From Gemmatimonadales bacterium (GTDB lineage: Bacteria > Gemmatimonadota > Gemmatimonadetes > Gemmatimonadales > GWC2-71-9): a DNA stretch of 64,000 bases. Both the position numbers and the translations under genes were made by a program. The stretch spans positions 32,001 through 96,000 of the forward strand of contig JBDIWC010000002.1 in the NCBI GenBank assembly GCA_039794085.1, in the 5' to 3' direction. Under the pieces are notes generated by a model. It saw nothing but the letters and a program-made list of their open reading frames with translations. It did no database searches and was not told the DNA's origin. This document shows, one piece after another, positions 31,306-42,004 of the stretch; the stretch's first letter is position 1, and every line of letters starts with the position of its first letter.

Positions 31306-31799
31306 CGATCACCCCTGGGGGCAAGCAGGTCACGGAACAGGATGAAGACAAGAGTGCCGGTCACCGCCGTGGACAGCGCCTGCAGCGGCGACCAGAGCGT
31401 GGCCGCCGTCACCAGGTCCGCCGAGGTGGTTCCGTTGGCCATGAGGGTGAGGATGTTCCGCACCCAGAGGCCGCCGGCCACGAACCCCGCATTCACCAGG
31501 ACATTGTCCGCAAAAAACACCGATCGGCCCCACGAGGCCAGCCAGGCCACCAACGTGTGGGCCAGGGCTCCGGCACCAAACCGGGCCGGTCCCAGCACAT
31601 CAACCGTCACCCCGACGACCCATCCCGCCACGGCTGCGGCCCCGGGACGGGTGCGCATGGCATACAACAGCAGAGCCACCAGCAGGAAATCGGGGGCCGC
31701 ACGCCCCGCAAAGAGCCGGGGACGCACATAGAAATGCAGGGCCACCAGCAGGGCCATGATACCCCAGACCGCCAGGCGTCCCTCGCGTTCCCGCATCAC
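31302..31799 (-). CDS. mreD: Rod shape-determining protein MreD
   Basis: Hydrophobic protein with PDFLL motif, between mreC and mrdA. Confidence 0.88.
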   Translation of the reverse strand: MMREREGRLAVWGIMALLVALHFYVRPRLFAGRAAPDFLLVALLLYAMRTRPGAAAVAGWVVGVTVDVLGPARFGAGALAHTLVAWLASWGRSVFFADNVLVNAGFVAGGLWVRNILTLMANGTTSADLVTAATLWSPLQALSTAVTGTLVFILFRDLLAPRGDR

Positions 31800-32638
31800 G
31801 ATCCCCCACTGTCGCCGGGAAGGAGCGGGGAGGGCGCGCGGGCCGGCCGGGCCACCAGCACATGGGACACGATCCCGGGGTTGACCAGGGGGCGAAGGGC
31901 GTAGACCCTCTCCCATCCCGGTTGTTCCTGGCGGATTCCGATCACCTGTCCGATCGGAATTCCCCGGGGATAGACATCTCCCAGTCCAGCACTGACCACC
32001 ACCGTTCCCACGTCCAGGGTATCCCGATACGCGACCCCGCGAAACTCCAGAATCGCATCGGTGGCCAGGGTGCTCGCCCCGGGAGCGACCACTCCCAGCA
32101 CGGCGCCATCCGCGGTCACTCCCGACACCCGGAACTCGGGGTGGGCCCAGGTATTGGCGATGCTGGACCGGGGGCCCACTTCCGCCACAACGCCGAGAAG
32201 CCCCTCGGGCACGAGGACGATGTCATATTGCCTTACGCCGTCCTCCCTCCCGACACTGAGGAGAAGGGTCCGTCCATCGGTGGGAACCGGCTGATGAAGC
32301 ACCTCCGCTCCGACGAACCACATGCCGAGCCGCGGCCCGACGTCCAGCAGACGGCGCAGACGGTCATTCTCCTGCTGGAGGGCGGAACGGTCGAGGACAC
32401 CCAGCGCGAGGGTGTCCCGGGCCGCCTCGAGGGCCTGGAACCGGCTCCGGCTGGTTCGTCCTTCCAGGGCGCGCTCCTGCAGCCAGACCACCGGACGGAG
32501 GGCGGTGGCCCGCAGGGTATTGGCCAGCGATTGGGTGAGGGGTGTCGGGGTGGCGAGAGCGGCCCCGGAGAGCACAACACAACTCGTGAGGAGGAGAGTA
32601 TCCCGGCGGGTGGGGGACCGATCGGGAAGATGCCGCAT
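31796..32638 (-). CDS. mreC: Rod shape-determining protein MreC
   Basis: N-terminal TM, QENDRLRRLL coil, SAGLGDVYPRGIPIG. Confidence 0.92.
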   Translation of the reverse strand: MRHLPDRSPTRRDTLLLTSCVVLSGAALATPTPLTQSLANTLRATALRPVVWLQERALEGRTSRSRFQALEAARDTLALGVLDRSALQQENDRLRRLLDVGPRLGMWFVGAEVLHQPVPTDGRTLLLSVGREDGVRQYDIVLVPEGLLGVVAEVGPRSSIANTWAHPEFRVSGVTADGAVLGVVAPGASTLATDAILEFRGVAYRDTLDVGTVVVSAGLGDVYPRGIPIGQVIGIRQEQPGWERVYALRPLVNPGIVSHVLVARPARAPSPLLPGDSGGS

Positions 32639-32642
32639 GGCG

Positions 32643-33680
32643 TCAGCTGTAGAGCACGTTGCGGTACTTCTCGAAGTCGTCGAGGATCCGTCCGGTGCCG
32701 CGCACCACGCAGGTCAGGGGATCCTCATCCACATGGATGGGGAGCCCCGTTTCCTGGGACAGCAGCAGATCGAGCCCCCGGATCAGAGCCCCTCCCCCTG
32801 TCATGATGATTCCGCGGTCCACGATGTCACTCGACAGTTCCGGGGGAGTGATCTCAAGCGCTCGCCGCACGGCGTCCACGATCTGCTGTACCGGCTCCTG
32901 GACCGCCTCGCGGATTTCGCTGGAGTGCACCCGGACGGTTTTGGGAATGCCGCTCACCAGATCCCGGCCCTTGACCTCCATCTCCCGCTCGTCTCCCGAA
33001 GGAAAGGCCGATCCGATCTTGATCTTGATCGCTTCCGCCGTGGGTTCCCCGACGAGGAGGTTGTAGTTCTTCCGCATGAACTGCACGATCGCCTGATCCA
33101 GCTCGTCACCTCCGATGCGGATCGAGGTGTCGGACACAATCCCGGACAGGGCAATGACCGCAATCTCCGTGGTTCCGCCCCCGATGTCGATGACCATGTT
33201 GCCCGTGGGCGTCTCGACCGGGAGACCGACACCGATGGCGGCGGCCATCGGTTCGGCCACCATCAGCACCTGCTTGGCTCCCGCGGTTTCCGCGGAATCC
33301 CTCACGGCCCGGCGCTCGACCTCGGTGATCCCGGACGGTACGCAGACGATGACTTTCGGTTTGACCCGGAAGAAATGCTTGTCGATGATCGTCTTGAGAA
33401 AATACCGGAGCATCTTCTCGGTCACATCGAAATCGGCGATCACTCCGTCCTTGAGGGGACGCACCGCGATGATCCCGTCGGGCGTCCGGCCGAGCATGCG
33501 CTTGGCCTCCAGACCAATCCCCTTGATCCGTCCGGTGGACCGCTCCAGCGCCACGACGGAGGGCTCGTTGAGCACGATACCCTCCCCCTTGACGTAGATC
33601 AGGGTGTTGGCTGTGCCGAGGTCCACCGCGATTTCATTCGCCGGCAGCCAGGCACCCATGTTGAACAGCGGAAATTTCAT
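32643..33680 (-). CDS. mreB: Rod shape-determining actin-like protein MreB
   Basis: DLGTANT, EPSVVA, DIGGGTTE, TGGGAL. Confidence 0.98.
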   Translation of the reverse strand: MKFPLFNMGAWLPANEIAVDLGTANTLIYVKGEGIVLNEPSVVALERSTGRIKGIGLEAKRMLGRTPDGIIAVRPLKDGVIADFDVTEKMLRYFLKTIIDKHFFRVKPKVIVCVPSGITEVERRAVRDSAETAGAKQVLMVAEPMAAAIGVGLPVETPTGNMVIDIGGGTTEIAVIALSGIVSDTSIRIGGDELDQAIVQFMRKNYNLLVGEPTAEAIKIKIGSAFPSGDEREMEVKGRDLVSGIPKTVRVHSSEIREAVQEPVQQIVDAVRRALEITPPELSSDIVDRGIIMTGGGALIRGLDLLLSQETGLPIHVDEDPLTCVVRGTGRILDDFEKYRNVLYS

Positions 33681-33808
33681 CAACGGACCGGGGGACTCAA
33701 GATGGACTGCGCGCAGGGCTGAACACGAGCCCGCAAATCGTACTGGCACCTGACCCGAATGCCCCCGTCCACTGGCATGACGGTTGTGCGATTTCCCATG
33801 GAGTCCCT

Positions 33809-33837
33809 AAGGTAGTGGCCGCCATGAACTTCAACAA
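33809..33837 (-). promoter_or_regulatory. Putative mreB promoter
   Basis: Minus strand TTGTTG-N17-TACCTT. Confidence 0.45.
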
Positions 33838-33865
33838 GGGCGTCGCGCCAACGCGACACCGAGCT

Positions 33866-34303
33866 TCATACACCTGTGCTCCCGAACCCTCCGGCCCCCC
33901 GGACGGTTCCCGGGAGTTCCTGAACCTCTCGAAAGGCGGCCACCTCCACCCGGGCCACGATCGCCTGGGCGATCCGCATGCCACGTTGGACCTCGAACGG
34001 TTCCTGGCCCAGATTGACCAGGGCCACCCGAAGCTCCCCACGATAGTCGCTGTCGATCGTGGCCGGGGCATTGGGGAGCCCCAGCCCATGCTTCAGGGCC
34101 AGCCCGGACCGCGGCCGGATCTGGATCTCGAACCCCGGGGGTACGGCCACAGCGAAGCCGGTTCCCACCAGACGCCGCTCCATCGGGTGGAGGACAACGA
34201 CCTCCGCGCTGGCCAGATCGTACCCCGCGGCTCCCTCGGTGGCGCGCGTCGGCAGGGGAAGTCCCTCGCCGTGGGGGAGCCGGGTGATGAGGATTTCTGG
34301 CAT
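33866..34303 (-). CDS. dut: dUTP diphosphatase
   Basis: [35 protein letters not shown]. Confidence 0.97.
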   Translation of the reverse strand: MPEILITRLPHGEGLPLPTRATEGAAGYDLASAEVVVLHPMERRLVGTGFAVAVPPGFEIQIRPRSGLALKHGLGLPNAPATIDSDYRGELRVALVNLGQEPFEVQRGMRIAQAIVARVEVAAFREVQELPGTVRGAGGFGSTGV

Positions 34304-34310
34304 GGCCGGG

Positions 34311-35423
34311 TCAGCAGACCGAAGTGGCATCCACCAGCGGGAGTCCGAAAGCTTCCGCCACTCCGGGGTAGACCACCTTCCCCTCCACGACGTTCAGGCC
34401 GAGCCGGAGGGCCGGATCCTCCCGGCAGGCAGTCTTCCATCCCAGGCGGGCCAACCGGAGCCCGTAGTTCAGGGTGGCATTGGTGAGGGCCAGCGTGGAG
34501 GTGCGGGGAACGGCCCCGGGCATGTTGGCGACGCCATAGTGCAGGACTCCGTCGACGAAATAGACCGGATCCTCATGGGTCGTGGGACGGATGGTCTCCA
34601 CGCACCCGCCCTGGTCCACCGCCACATCCACGATCACGGCGCCCGCCTTCATGACGCTCAGGTCCGCCCGGGTGACGAGATTGGGCGCCTTGGCACCCGG
34701 CAGGAGGACGGCCCCCACCACCAGGTCAGCCCGGGTGAGGGCATCCAGAATGTTGTAGCGGTTGGAGTACACGGTCCGGACGTTGGCGGGGAGGACGTCA
34801 GAGAGGTAGCGGAGCCGGTCGAGGGAGACGTCGAGAATCGTGACCGTGGCGCCGAGCCCGGCGGCCATCTTGGCGGCGTTGATGCCGACGACTCCTCCCC
34901 CGATGATGAGCACCTCCGCCGGCGCCACGCCGGGCACACCCCCGAGGAGCACACCCCGGCCTCCGTAGACCTTCTCCAGGTACTTGGCGCCTTCCTGGAC
35001 CGCCATCCGACCGGCCACCTCCGACATCGGGGTCAAGAGGGGTAGCTCTCCGTGCGGAAGCTGCACGGTTTCATAGGCCACGGCAATCGCGCCGGAGTCG
35101 ATGACCGCCCGCGTGAGCTCCTCGGCGGCGGCGAAGTGGAAGTAGGTGTAAATGATCTGCCCGGCCCGCATGTGGGGCCACTCCGTGGCGATCGGCTCCT
35201 TCACCTTCATGATCATCTCGGCCTTGTTCCACACCTCCGCCGCCGCGGGCTCCAGACGCGCTCCCGCCTGTTGATAGTCCGAGTCCGCGAACCCGCTCCC
35301 CTCCCCCGCCCCCGCCTCGACATACACCGTATTCCCCGCCCCCACCAGAATTTCCACGCCGGCGGGCACGAGGGCCACCCGGTTTTCATTGGTCTTGATT
35401 TCCCGCGGCACGCCGATGATCAT
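34311..35423 (-). CDS. ald: Alanine dehydrogenase
   Basis: [46 protein letters not shown]. Confidence 0.97.
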   Translation of the reverse strand: MIIGVPREIKTNENRVALVPAGVEILVGAGNTVYVEAGAGEGSGFADSDYQQAGARLEPAAAEVWNKAEMIMKVKEPIATEWPHMRAGQIIYTYFHFAAAEELTRAVIDSGAIAVAYETVQLPHGELPLLTPMSEVAGRMAVQEGAKYLEKVYGGRGVLLGGVPGVAPAEVLIIGGGVVGINAAKMAAGLGATVTILDVSLDRLRYLSDVLPANVRTVYSNRYNILDALTRADLVVGAVLLPGAKAPNLVTRADLSVMKAGAVIVDVAVDQGGCVETIRPTTHEDPVYFVDGVLHYGVANMPGAVPRTSTLALTNATLNYGLRLARLGWKTACREDPALRLGLNVVEGKVVYPGVAEAFGLPLVDATSVC

Positions 35424-35454
35424 GTGGATCTCGTCTGGCAAAGGTCGATGGGGG

Positions 35455-36708
35455 TCAGGGGCCCAGGCGCACGACGGTTTGCCGTGCCGGGGCGAGGAAC
35501 TCCGCCGCCACCCCGGCCACGTCGGCCTCGGTGACGGCGTCAATATCGGCGAGCACCCGGGAGAGTGGTCGCCAGATGTCCTGGTGCAGTTCGGTGGAGG
35601 CCATCCGATGCATCCGGCTCGCGGGGCTCTCGAGCGACAGCATGAGTTGGCCCTTCAATTGACGCTTGCCATCGGCCAGTTCCCCGGCCGGAATGCCCTC
35701 CGAGGCCACGCGCGCCAGTTCCGCCAGGATCGCGTCGCGTGCCGCGTCCGCCGTCTCGGGCCGGGTGCCGACGTACACACCGAACACGCCGGTCGCCTGG
35801 TAGAGGTGCTGCCAGGCGTAGACGGCATAGGCCAGTCCCAGTTCCTCGCGCACCCGCTGGAAGAGGCGGCTCGACATGCCTCCCCCCAGGAGATTGACGG
35901 CCACGGCCAGGGCGTAGCGCCGGGGATCCCGGGCCGTGATCGTGTCGGACCCGATCACCATGTGCACCTGGGTCGTGTCGCGGGACTCCTCGTGCACGGC
36001 ACCCCGCACGGCAGGAGCCCCGACGATCGGTGCGCGGGGAGGCTGCCGGGCCGGATCAGGGGCGAACCATCCCTCGCGATCCAATGCCGCAAGCAGCACT
36101 TCGGGCTCGAGGTGTCCGGCCGCCGCAATCACACAGTTGCCGAGGTGGTATCCGGTCTGATGGTGGGACGCGAGATCTTCGGCGGTGAGGCCCCGAACGG
36201 TCTCGGGTGTTCCCAGAATCGAGAAACCATACGGGTGGGTGGGCCACAGGGCCCGGGCATGGAGGTCGAACACCAGATCGTCCGGGGTGTCGAGCACCCC
36301 GTGGATCTCCTCCAGGACGACGTTCCTTTCCAGCGCCAAGTCGCTCTCGCGGAGGAGGGGATGCATGACGAGATCGGAGAGGATATCCACCGCCAGGGGG
36401 AGATCCTCGTCGAGCACATGCGCTTGAAAGGAGGTGTGATCCCTCGAGGTCCAGGCGTCGAGACTCCCGCCCCGCACCTCCAGGGCCAGGGCCAGATCCC
36501 GGGCCGACCGGCGACGGGTGCCCTTGAACACCATGTGCTCCAGCAGATGGGACACCCCCATGGCCCCGGGGGACTCATGGGCACTCGCGGTCCGCACCCA
36601 GACACCCACCACGGCGGATCGCACTGCGGGGAGCACCTCGACCAGCACCCGCACCCCGTTGGGTGCCGTGTACCGGACGAGGCCCTCATCCAACGTCTCA
36701 ACCTGCAT
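35455..36708 (-). CDS. M16-family zinc peptidase
   Basis: [11 protein letters not shown] (HxxEH), [20 protein letters not shown]; usual position downstream of pnp. Confidence 0.93.
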   Translation of the reverse strand: MQVETLDEGLVRYTAPNGVRVLVEVLPAVRSAVVGVWVRTASAHESPGAMGVSHLLEHMVFKGTRRRSARDLALALEVRGGSLDAWTSRDHTSFQAHVLDEDLPLAVDILSDLVMHPLLRESDLALERNVVLEEIHGVLDTPDDLVFDLHARALWPTHPYGFSILGTPETVRGLTAEDLASHHQTGYHLGNCVIAAAGHLEPEVLLAALDREGWFAPDPARQPPRAPIVGAPAVRGAVHEESRDTTQVHMVIGSDTITARDPRRYALAVAVNLLGGGMSSRLFQRVREELGLAYAVYAWQHLYQATGVFGVYVGTRPETADAARDAILAELARVASEGIPAGELADGKRQLKGQLMLSLESPASRMHRMASTELHQDIWRPLSRVLADIDAVTEADVAGVAAEFLAPARQTVVRLGP

Positions 36709-36710
36709 GG

Positions 36711-38792
36711 TTACTCCTTCGGGAGCAACGCCTTGCGGGAGAGACGCATCCGGCCCCGCTCGTCGACCTCGAGGAGCTTCACCTTGACGATGTCGCCCTT
36801 TTTCACCACATCCTCGGTCTTCTCGGTCCGGGCATGCTGCAGTTCGCTGATGTGGAGGAGGCCTTCCACCCCGGGAATGATCTCCACGAAGGCCCCGAAG
36901 GCGGTCGTGCTCTTGACCGGGCCCTCGTACACGCGGCCGATCTCCGGCTCCGCCACGATGGCCTGGATCATGTCCCGGGCCTTGGCCCCTGCCTCACCCC
37001 CGACAGCCGCCACGGTGATGATCCCGGAATCGTCGACCGAGATCTTGGCGCCGGTGGCATCCTGGATTCCGCGAATCGTCTTGCCCTTGGGACCGATGAT
37101 GTCCCCGATCTTGTCGGGCTTGATCTGGATCGTGAAGATCCGCGGGGCGTAGGGGGAGAGCTCGGCCCGGGGCTCGGCGAGCACCTTGGTCATTTCGCCG
37201 AGAATGTGGAGCCGGCCCACCCGGGCCCGGTCCAGCGCATCCGACATGATCGCCAGATCGAGGCCCTCGATCTTGATGTCCATTTGAATCGAGGTGATCC
37301 CGTCCTTCGTTCCGGCCACCTTGAAGTCCATGTCGCCAAGATGGTCCTCGCTCCCCAGAATGTCGGTGAGGATCGCCATCTTCTTTCCCTCCTTGATCAA
37401 CCCCATCGCCACACCGGCGCAGGGGGCCTTGAGGGGAACCCCGGCATCCATCATCGCCAGGGCGCCACCACAGACGCTCGCCATCGAGGAGGATCCGTTC
37501 GACTCGAGAATCTCGGAGACGATCCGGAGGGTGTAGGGGAAGGAGTCGAAGTCGGGCAGCAGCGGCTGCAGGGCCCGTTCGGCCAGGGCGCCGTGGCCGA
37601 TCTCGCGGCGGCTCGTCCCCCGCATCATCCGCACCTCGCCAGTGCAGTAGGGGGGGAAGTTGTAGTGCAACATGAACGACTTGGAGGTTTCGCTCGCCAC
37701 GTCGATGCTGTCGATCCGCTGTTCGTCGTCGGAGGTACCGAGTGTCACGGCGACCAACGCCTGGGTCTCGCCCCGGGTGAACAAGGTCGATCCATGCGCC
37801 CGCGGGAGAAGGCCGGTTTCGATGGTGATGGGGCGGACCGTGTCGCAATCGCGGCCATCCACCCGCTCCCCCTTGTCCAGCACCTGAGCCCGCATGACGC
37901 GGTACTCAATCTCCTCGATCTCCTGGCTGATCTCCTTGCCGCGATCCGGGAACTCAGCCGCCAGGGCCTCCTTCACCTCGCGCTTGACCTGGGCCAGACC
38001 GGCACTCCTCCCGGCCTTGTCCTTGGCGTTGATCGCCTTGGCCATCGCCTTCTCGGTCAGGGCCGTGACTCGGCTCACCAGCGCCTCATCCCGGGCGGGA
38101 GGCGTCCATTCCATCTTCGGGCGGGCGGCCTGCCCGATCAGGCGTCCGGTGATCGCCACCAGGTCGCGGATCCCCTGCTGTGCCACCTTCAAGGCCTCGA
38201 CCATCTCCGCCTCGGAGACCTCGAGCGAGCCTCCCTCGACCATCACGATCGAGTCGGCCGTTCCACTCACGACCAGATCGATGGTGGAAAACTCGAGCTG
38301 CTGGAAGGTGGGATTCAGGATCCAGTTCCCGTCCACGCGACCCACCCGCACCGCGGCCAGGGGCCCCTTCCAGGGCACCTTCGAGAGGGCGAGCGCCGTC
38401 GCGGCCGCCGTGGCCCCGATCACATCGGCGTCGTTTTCCTGGTCGGCCGAGATGACGGTGACGAAGACCTGGATCTCGTTCTTGAACCCCTCGGGAAAGA
38501 GGGGCCGAATCGAGCGGTCGATCAGGCGGCAGGCGAGGGTTTCCTTGTCGGAGAGCCGGCCTTCCCGCTTGATGAAGCCGCCGGGAAACTTGCCCGCCGC
38601 GTAGGTCTTTTCCCGATACTCGACTGTGAGGGGGAAGAACGGGAGGGTGGAGAGGTTGGGCGAGACCGTCACGGCCGCGAGGACCATCGTGTCCCCGTAC
38701 CGGATCAGCACGGAGCCCGCCGCCTGCTTGGCCATCCGCCCGGTCTCGAGCGTCAGGGTCCGTCCGGCGAAATCAGTTTCAATCTTGTGCAC
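36711..38792 (-). CDS. pnp: Polyribonucleotide nucleotidyltransferase
   Basis: FFPLTVEYRE, RREIGHG, SNGSSSMAS, GDMDFKVAG, KH and S1 domains. Confidence 0.98.
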   Translation of the reverse strand: MHKIETDFAGRTLTLETGRMAKQAAGSVLIRYGDTMVLAAVTVSPNLSTLPFFPLTVEYREKTYAAGKFPGGFIKREGRLSDKETLACRLIDRSIRPLFPEGFKNEIQVFVTVISADQENDADVIGATAAATALALSKVPWKGPLAAVRVGRVDGNWILNPTFQQLEFSTIDLVVSGTADSIVMVEGGSLEVSEAEMVEALKVAQQGIRDLVAITGRLIGQAARPKMEWTPPARDEALVSRVTALTEKAMAKAINAKDKAGRSAGLAQVKREVKEALAAEFPDRGKEISQEIEEIEYRVMRAQVLDKGERVDGRDCDTVRPITIETGLLPRAHGSTLFTRGETQALVAVTLGTSDDEQRIDSIDVASETSKSFMLHYNFPPYCTGEVRMMRGTSRREIGHGALAERALQPLLPDFDSFPYTLRIVSEILESNGSSSMASVCGGALAMMDAGVPLKAPCAGVAMGLIKEGKKMAILTDILGSEDHLGDMDFKVAGTKDGITSIQMDIKIEGLDLAIMSDALDRARVGRLHILGEMTKVLAEPRAELSPYAPRIFTIQIKPDKIGDIIGPKGKTIRGIQDATGAKISVDDSGIITVAAVGGEAGAKARDMIQAIVAEPEIGRVYEGPVKSTTAFGAFVEIIPGVEGLLHISELQHARTEKTEDVVKKGDIVKVKLLEVDERGRMRLSRKALLPKE

Positions 38793-38829
38793 GTGTGTGT
38801 CCCAATTTGGAAGGAAGACGCCAATACAA

Positions 38830-38859
38830 CGATGGCGCCCCCAGAGTGGGACGCCATCG
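38830..38859 (-). terminator. Hairpin/terminator between rpsO and pnp
   Basis: CGATGGCG...CGCCATCG stem followed on the minus strand by TTGTATT. Confidence 0.55.
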
Positions 38860-38873
38860 CAGAACCGCCGCGG

Positions 38874-39134
38874 CTAGTGCCGGAGGCCCAGCTCGGCGAT
38901 CAGGGCACGGTACCCCTCGAGGTCCGTGCGCTTGTAGTAGGTCAGCAACCGCCGACGGGATCCCACCATCTTGAGCAGACCGCGGCGCCCGTGGTGATCC
39001 TTGGCGTGGGTCCGGAAGTGGTCGGTGAGGGAGTTGATCCGTTCGGTGAGGAGCGAAACCTGGACCCGGGTGGACCCGGTGTCGGTTTCATGCATGCGAT
39101 GCTTCTCGACCACGGCCTGCTTGTTGTACGTCAT
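38874..39134 (-). CDS. rpsO: 30S ribosomal protein S15
   Basis: [34 protein letters not shown]. Confidence 0.97.
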   Translation of the reverse strand: MTYNKQAVVEKHRMHETDTGSTRVQVSLLTERINSLTDHFRTHAKDHHGRRGLLKMVGSRRRLLTYYKRTDLEGYRALIAELGLRH

Positions 39135-39198
39135 TGCTTTCCTCGGCTGGCCCGGACGGGCCTTCATCGTTTGATACCGTAATCATCTATAGCATTTC

Positions 39199-39228
39199 AA
39201 TATAGCTTCTGTCCGGTCGGGAAATCAA
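39199..39228 (-). promoter_or_regulatory. rpsO-pnp promoter
   Basis: Minus strand TTGATT-N18-TATATT in an AT-rich patch. Confidence 0.6.
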
Positions 39229-39485
39229 CTCCTGATCCGATGACCGGCGGACCGACCTTGTCCATCTTTCCCCGAGAGCCCGGGTCCGCCCGAGAGAAGC
39301 CTGAGAATCTGCCACTCAGGGAGAGCAAGATCACCGGACCAGTTCCCCTGGACCGGGCTCGAGAAGTACTGGATATACAACATCAGGTGGTAGGTACTAT
39401 GATATTATCCTACAAGTTGTTATGGCTGATTGGCAAAGGTGTCACGAACCAGCTGAATCGCTGACTCTGTTGCCCCGGTCGGCAC

Positions 39486-39509
39486 GGGCGACGCACGCGT
39501 CGCCCCTAC
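39486..39509. repeat. GTAG-type REP palindrome
   Basis: Reverse complement GTAGGGGCGACGCGTGCGTCGCCC. Confidence 0.7.
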
Positions 39510-39519
39510 ACGGAGATCC

Positions 39520-40761
39520 CTACTCCCTGCTCCCTGCTCCCAGCCGATACATCCGGACCCACTCCAGGTCGTCCTCGTCCTGCCAGACGCCGAGAATCCA
39601 GTCGGATCCGACGTCCATGGTGCGGAAGCGGGGGGGGAGACGGACTTCTCCGAGGACCCTCCCGTCCCCGTCGAAGACAACATGAATCCGCGGCATCGTG
39701 TCGAGAGCGGCGTAGCGCTCCACCCAGAGGGTCCCGTCCGAGGCCCGTTTCAGGCCCTGCATCACCGGTTCCAGGTCGGGCACCGGCCAATTATCCCAGG
39801 CGGTGGCGATCCGCTCCCGCTGGGGACCGGGATCCGTGGCCTCGATACGCGCCTCCTTCATCGCCGCATACAGGTCCGGGGGAAAGGCCCTGGTGGGCTC
39901 GTCCATCCGGATCAGCCCGGCGAGTGAACCATCCCGTCTCCGGCCCTCGATTTCCCAGCGATCCGAACTCATGGCCCAGATCAGGGAATCGGCCACGACG
40001 GCCTGCGCCATCCGCCGCACCGGGAGCGACATGATTTCGACGGTCCGGATCCGGCTGCCTTCCATGCTGATGGAGAGGAAGGATTCCCCGGCGGGAAGGG
40101 TCGTCAGCGTGTCGACCGGACCGGGAGGGCCCTGGAGAAGTGCAAATCGCGTGGTGTCCCTGATCACACCGGACTGTGGGATGGAGTTGCCACCGAAACT
40201 CAATCCGCCCGGCCGCACCAGCCAGGTGTTGTCCCCCGCATGCGCCAGCACGGTCCGTCGACCACCTCCGCCCGCCTCCCCGGCAAAGGACACCTCGCGG
40301 GCCAGGCCGGTCGTGGTAAAGATGCTCAGACGTGCGTGGGATCCATCCCAGACACCGAAGGAGTCCGCCGGAAGCGGGACGAGCGACACCATCCCCTCGA
40401 ACTCGCCCGGGCCCCCGCCCTTCCGGCCGAAGGTGGCCCGCCGGGTTCCATCGGCGTCGAAGATCGCGATCGTGCTGGTTCCGGCACTCGCCACCACAAG
40501 GCTCCCGTCCGACAGCCGGTGCGCCCCGACGATCCGGAGGAGTTCCCCCTCCCCGGTGACCGGGGCGATCTCCACCAAGGGAATCTCGTCAATCTCCCGC
40601 CAGACGACCCCTCCAGCGCTTCCGTTGTCCACAATGCGGATGCCGGCACTGTCCCGGATCTCGGTGCGGAGCGCGGGGTCATGGCCCGAGCCGGCGGATC
40701 CGCCACAAGCGGCGAGGGTGACGCCGAGCAGGAGTCCGGGAGTGCGCGCACACGAATGCAT
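39520..40761 (-). CDS. 6-bladed beta-propeller lipoprotein of unknown function
   Basis: LLLGVTLAAC lipobox, RDSAGIRIVDN, FGRKGGGPGEF (NHL-like), DGTLWV, C-terminal blade repeats. Confidence 0.8.
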   Translation of the reverse strand: MHSCARTPGLLLGVTLAACGGSAGSGHDPALRTEIRDSAGIRIVDNGSAGGVVWREIDEIPLVEIAPVTGEGELLRIVGAHRLSDGSLVVASAGTSTIAIFDADGTRRATFGRKGGGPGEFEGMVSLVPLPADSFGVWDGSHARLSIFTTTGLAREVSFAGEAGGGGRRTVLAHAGDNTWLVRPGGLSFGGNSIPQSGVIRDTTRFALLQGPPGPVDTLTTLPAGESFLSISMEGSRIRTVEIMSLPVRRMAQAVVADSLIWAMSSDRWEIEGRRRDGSLAGLIRMDEPTRAFPPDLYAAMKEARIEATDPGPQRERIATAWDNWPVPDLEPVMQGLKRASDGTLWVERYAALDTMPRIHVVFDGDGRVLGEVRLPPRFRTMDVGSDWILGVWQDEDDLEWVRMYRLGAGSRE

Positions 40762-40860
40762 TGAGCGGCCCTTTCGTTGGGATACCGGCGGTTCAGGGTG
40801 GCAAGCCCGGGTGAGTAGATCGGAATATGCCTCAACCGGGGTTCGATGGCCAGTCCCCCG

Positions 40861-41990
40861 GCGGAGTCGCGAAGAAGAGGTGAGGGTCACTCCCCTTCAG
40901 CCGCCCCAAGAAGGGGTCACGCGAAGCCGCGAAGAGTGCCAATCCGCTCCCCGCCACCCAATAGTGATGGTGACGGGGTCGGGAGGGGCGTTTCGTGTGT
41001 TTTCGTGCTTTTCGTGGTTCCGATTCGCTGGCGCAGGGTTCCACGGCGCGACTCTCGGCGCAACGCGGGAGGGTCATTCCCCCGCCCACAACCCCAAACG
41101 GGGTCACGCGAAGACGCGAAGGGGGGGAAAACGCGGACATCGTCATCGGGCCGGAATCCGGAATGGGCTCGCACGAAGACACGAAGACACGAAGGGGTGG
41201 GCATCGACGGGATCATCGTGAACTTCCACTCCTCTCCCCTCACTTTTCGGAAGAGTTCACACGAAGGCACGAAGGACACGAAGCCCCCCCCAGCCACCAA
41301 TTGTGTGATGGTGGTGAGTGTCGGGAGGGGCCTTTCGTGCGTTTTCGTGTCTTTCGTGGTTCCCATTCAGCACGAGCCGGGCTCTGCACGACTCTGCCCG
41401 GTGAGCAAGGGAGGTCACTCCCCGCCCACAACCCAGACGGGGTCACGCGAAGACGCGAAGAGTGCCAAGCCACTCCCCACCACCAACGTGGTGGTGGGGA
41501 TGAGGTCGAAGGGTCTTTCGTGTATTTTCGTGTCTTTCGTGGTTCCCATTCAGCACGAGCCGGGCTCTGCACGACTCTGCCCGGTGAGCAAGGGAGGTCA
41601 CTCCCCGCCCACAACCCAGACGGGGTAACGCGAAGCCGCGAATGGGGGGGGGACGCGGACACCGTCATCGGGCCGGAATCCGGAATGGACTCGCACGAAG
41701 GCACGAAGGCACGAAGGGGTGGGCATCGCCGGGATCCTCGTGAATTTCCCCTCACTTCTCGGAAGAGCTCACGCGAAGCCGCGAAGAGTGCCAAGCCACT
41801 CCCCACCACCAGATTGGCGATGACGGTGACGTCCGGACGCTCCCTTTCGTGCATTTTCGTGTATTTCGTGGTTCCAATCCAATCCAGCCGGACTCCGCAC
41901 GACTCGGATCCCGGGTAGGCGGCCGGATCACCCCTTCCCACTTCCCCACAAGGAAGCACACGAAGACACGAAGGACACGAAGCCCCCCCC
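40861..41990. repeat. Non-coding mosaic repeat array (BIME-like) of CACGAAG/TTTCGTG arms
   Basis: Four TTTCGTG-triplet arms (40991, 41333, 41516, 41845) and about nine C(A/G)CGAAG arms; exact 102-nt duplication 41342-41443 = 41525-41626; 92-nt near-duplication 41131-41222 ~ 41653-41744. Confidence 0.9.
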
Positions 41991-42004
41991 GCGTGCCACC
42001 GCCC

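Noticed and set aside
39240..39464. 74-aa + strand ORF upstream of rpsO
   Set aside because: No RBS or recognisable motif; overlaps palindromic non-coding sequence.
40846..41959. Long ORFs over the repeat array (40846..41628, 40995..41918, 41240..41959 and others)
   Set aside because: Open in several frames on both strands because the repeats lack stops; the translations are repeat-derived with no domain or convincing RBS.
40861..41990. Possible CRISPR array
   Set aside because: Spacing is irregular (183-342 nt), linkers are homologous to each other rather than unique, arms occur in both orientations, and there are no cas genes.
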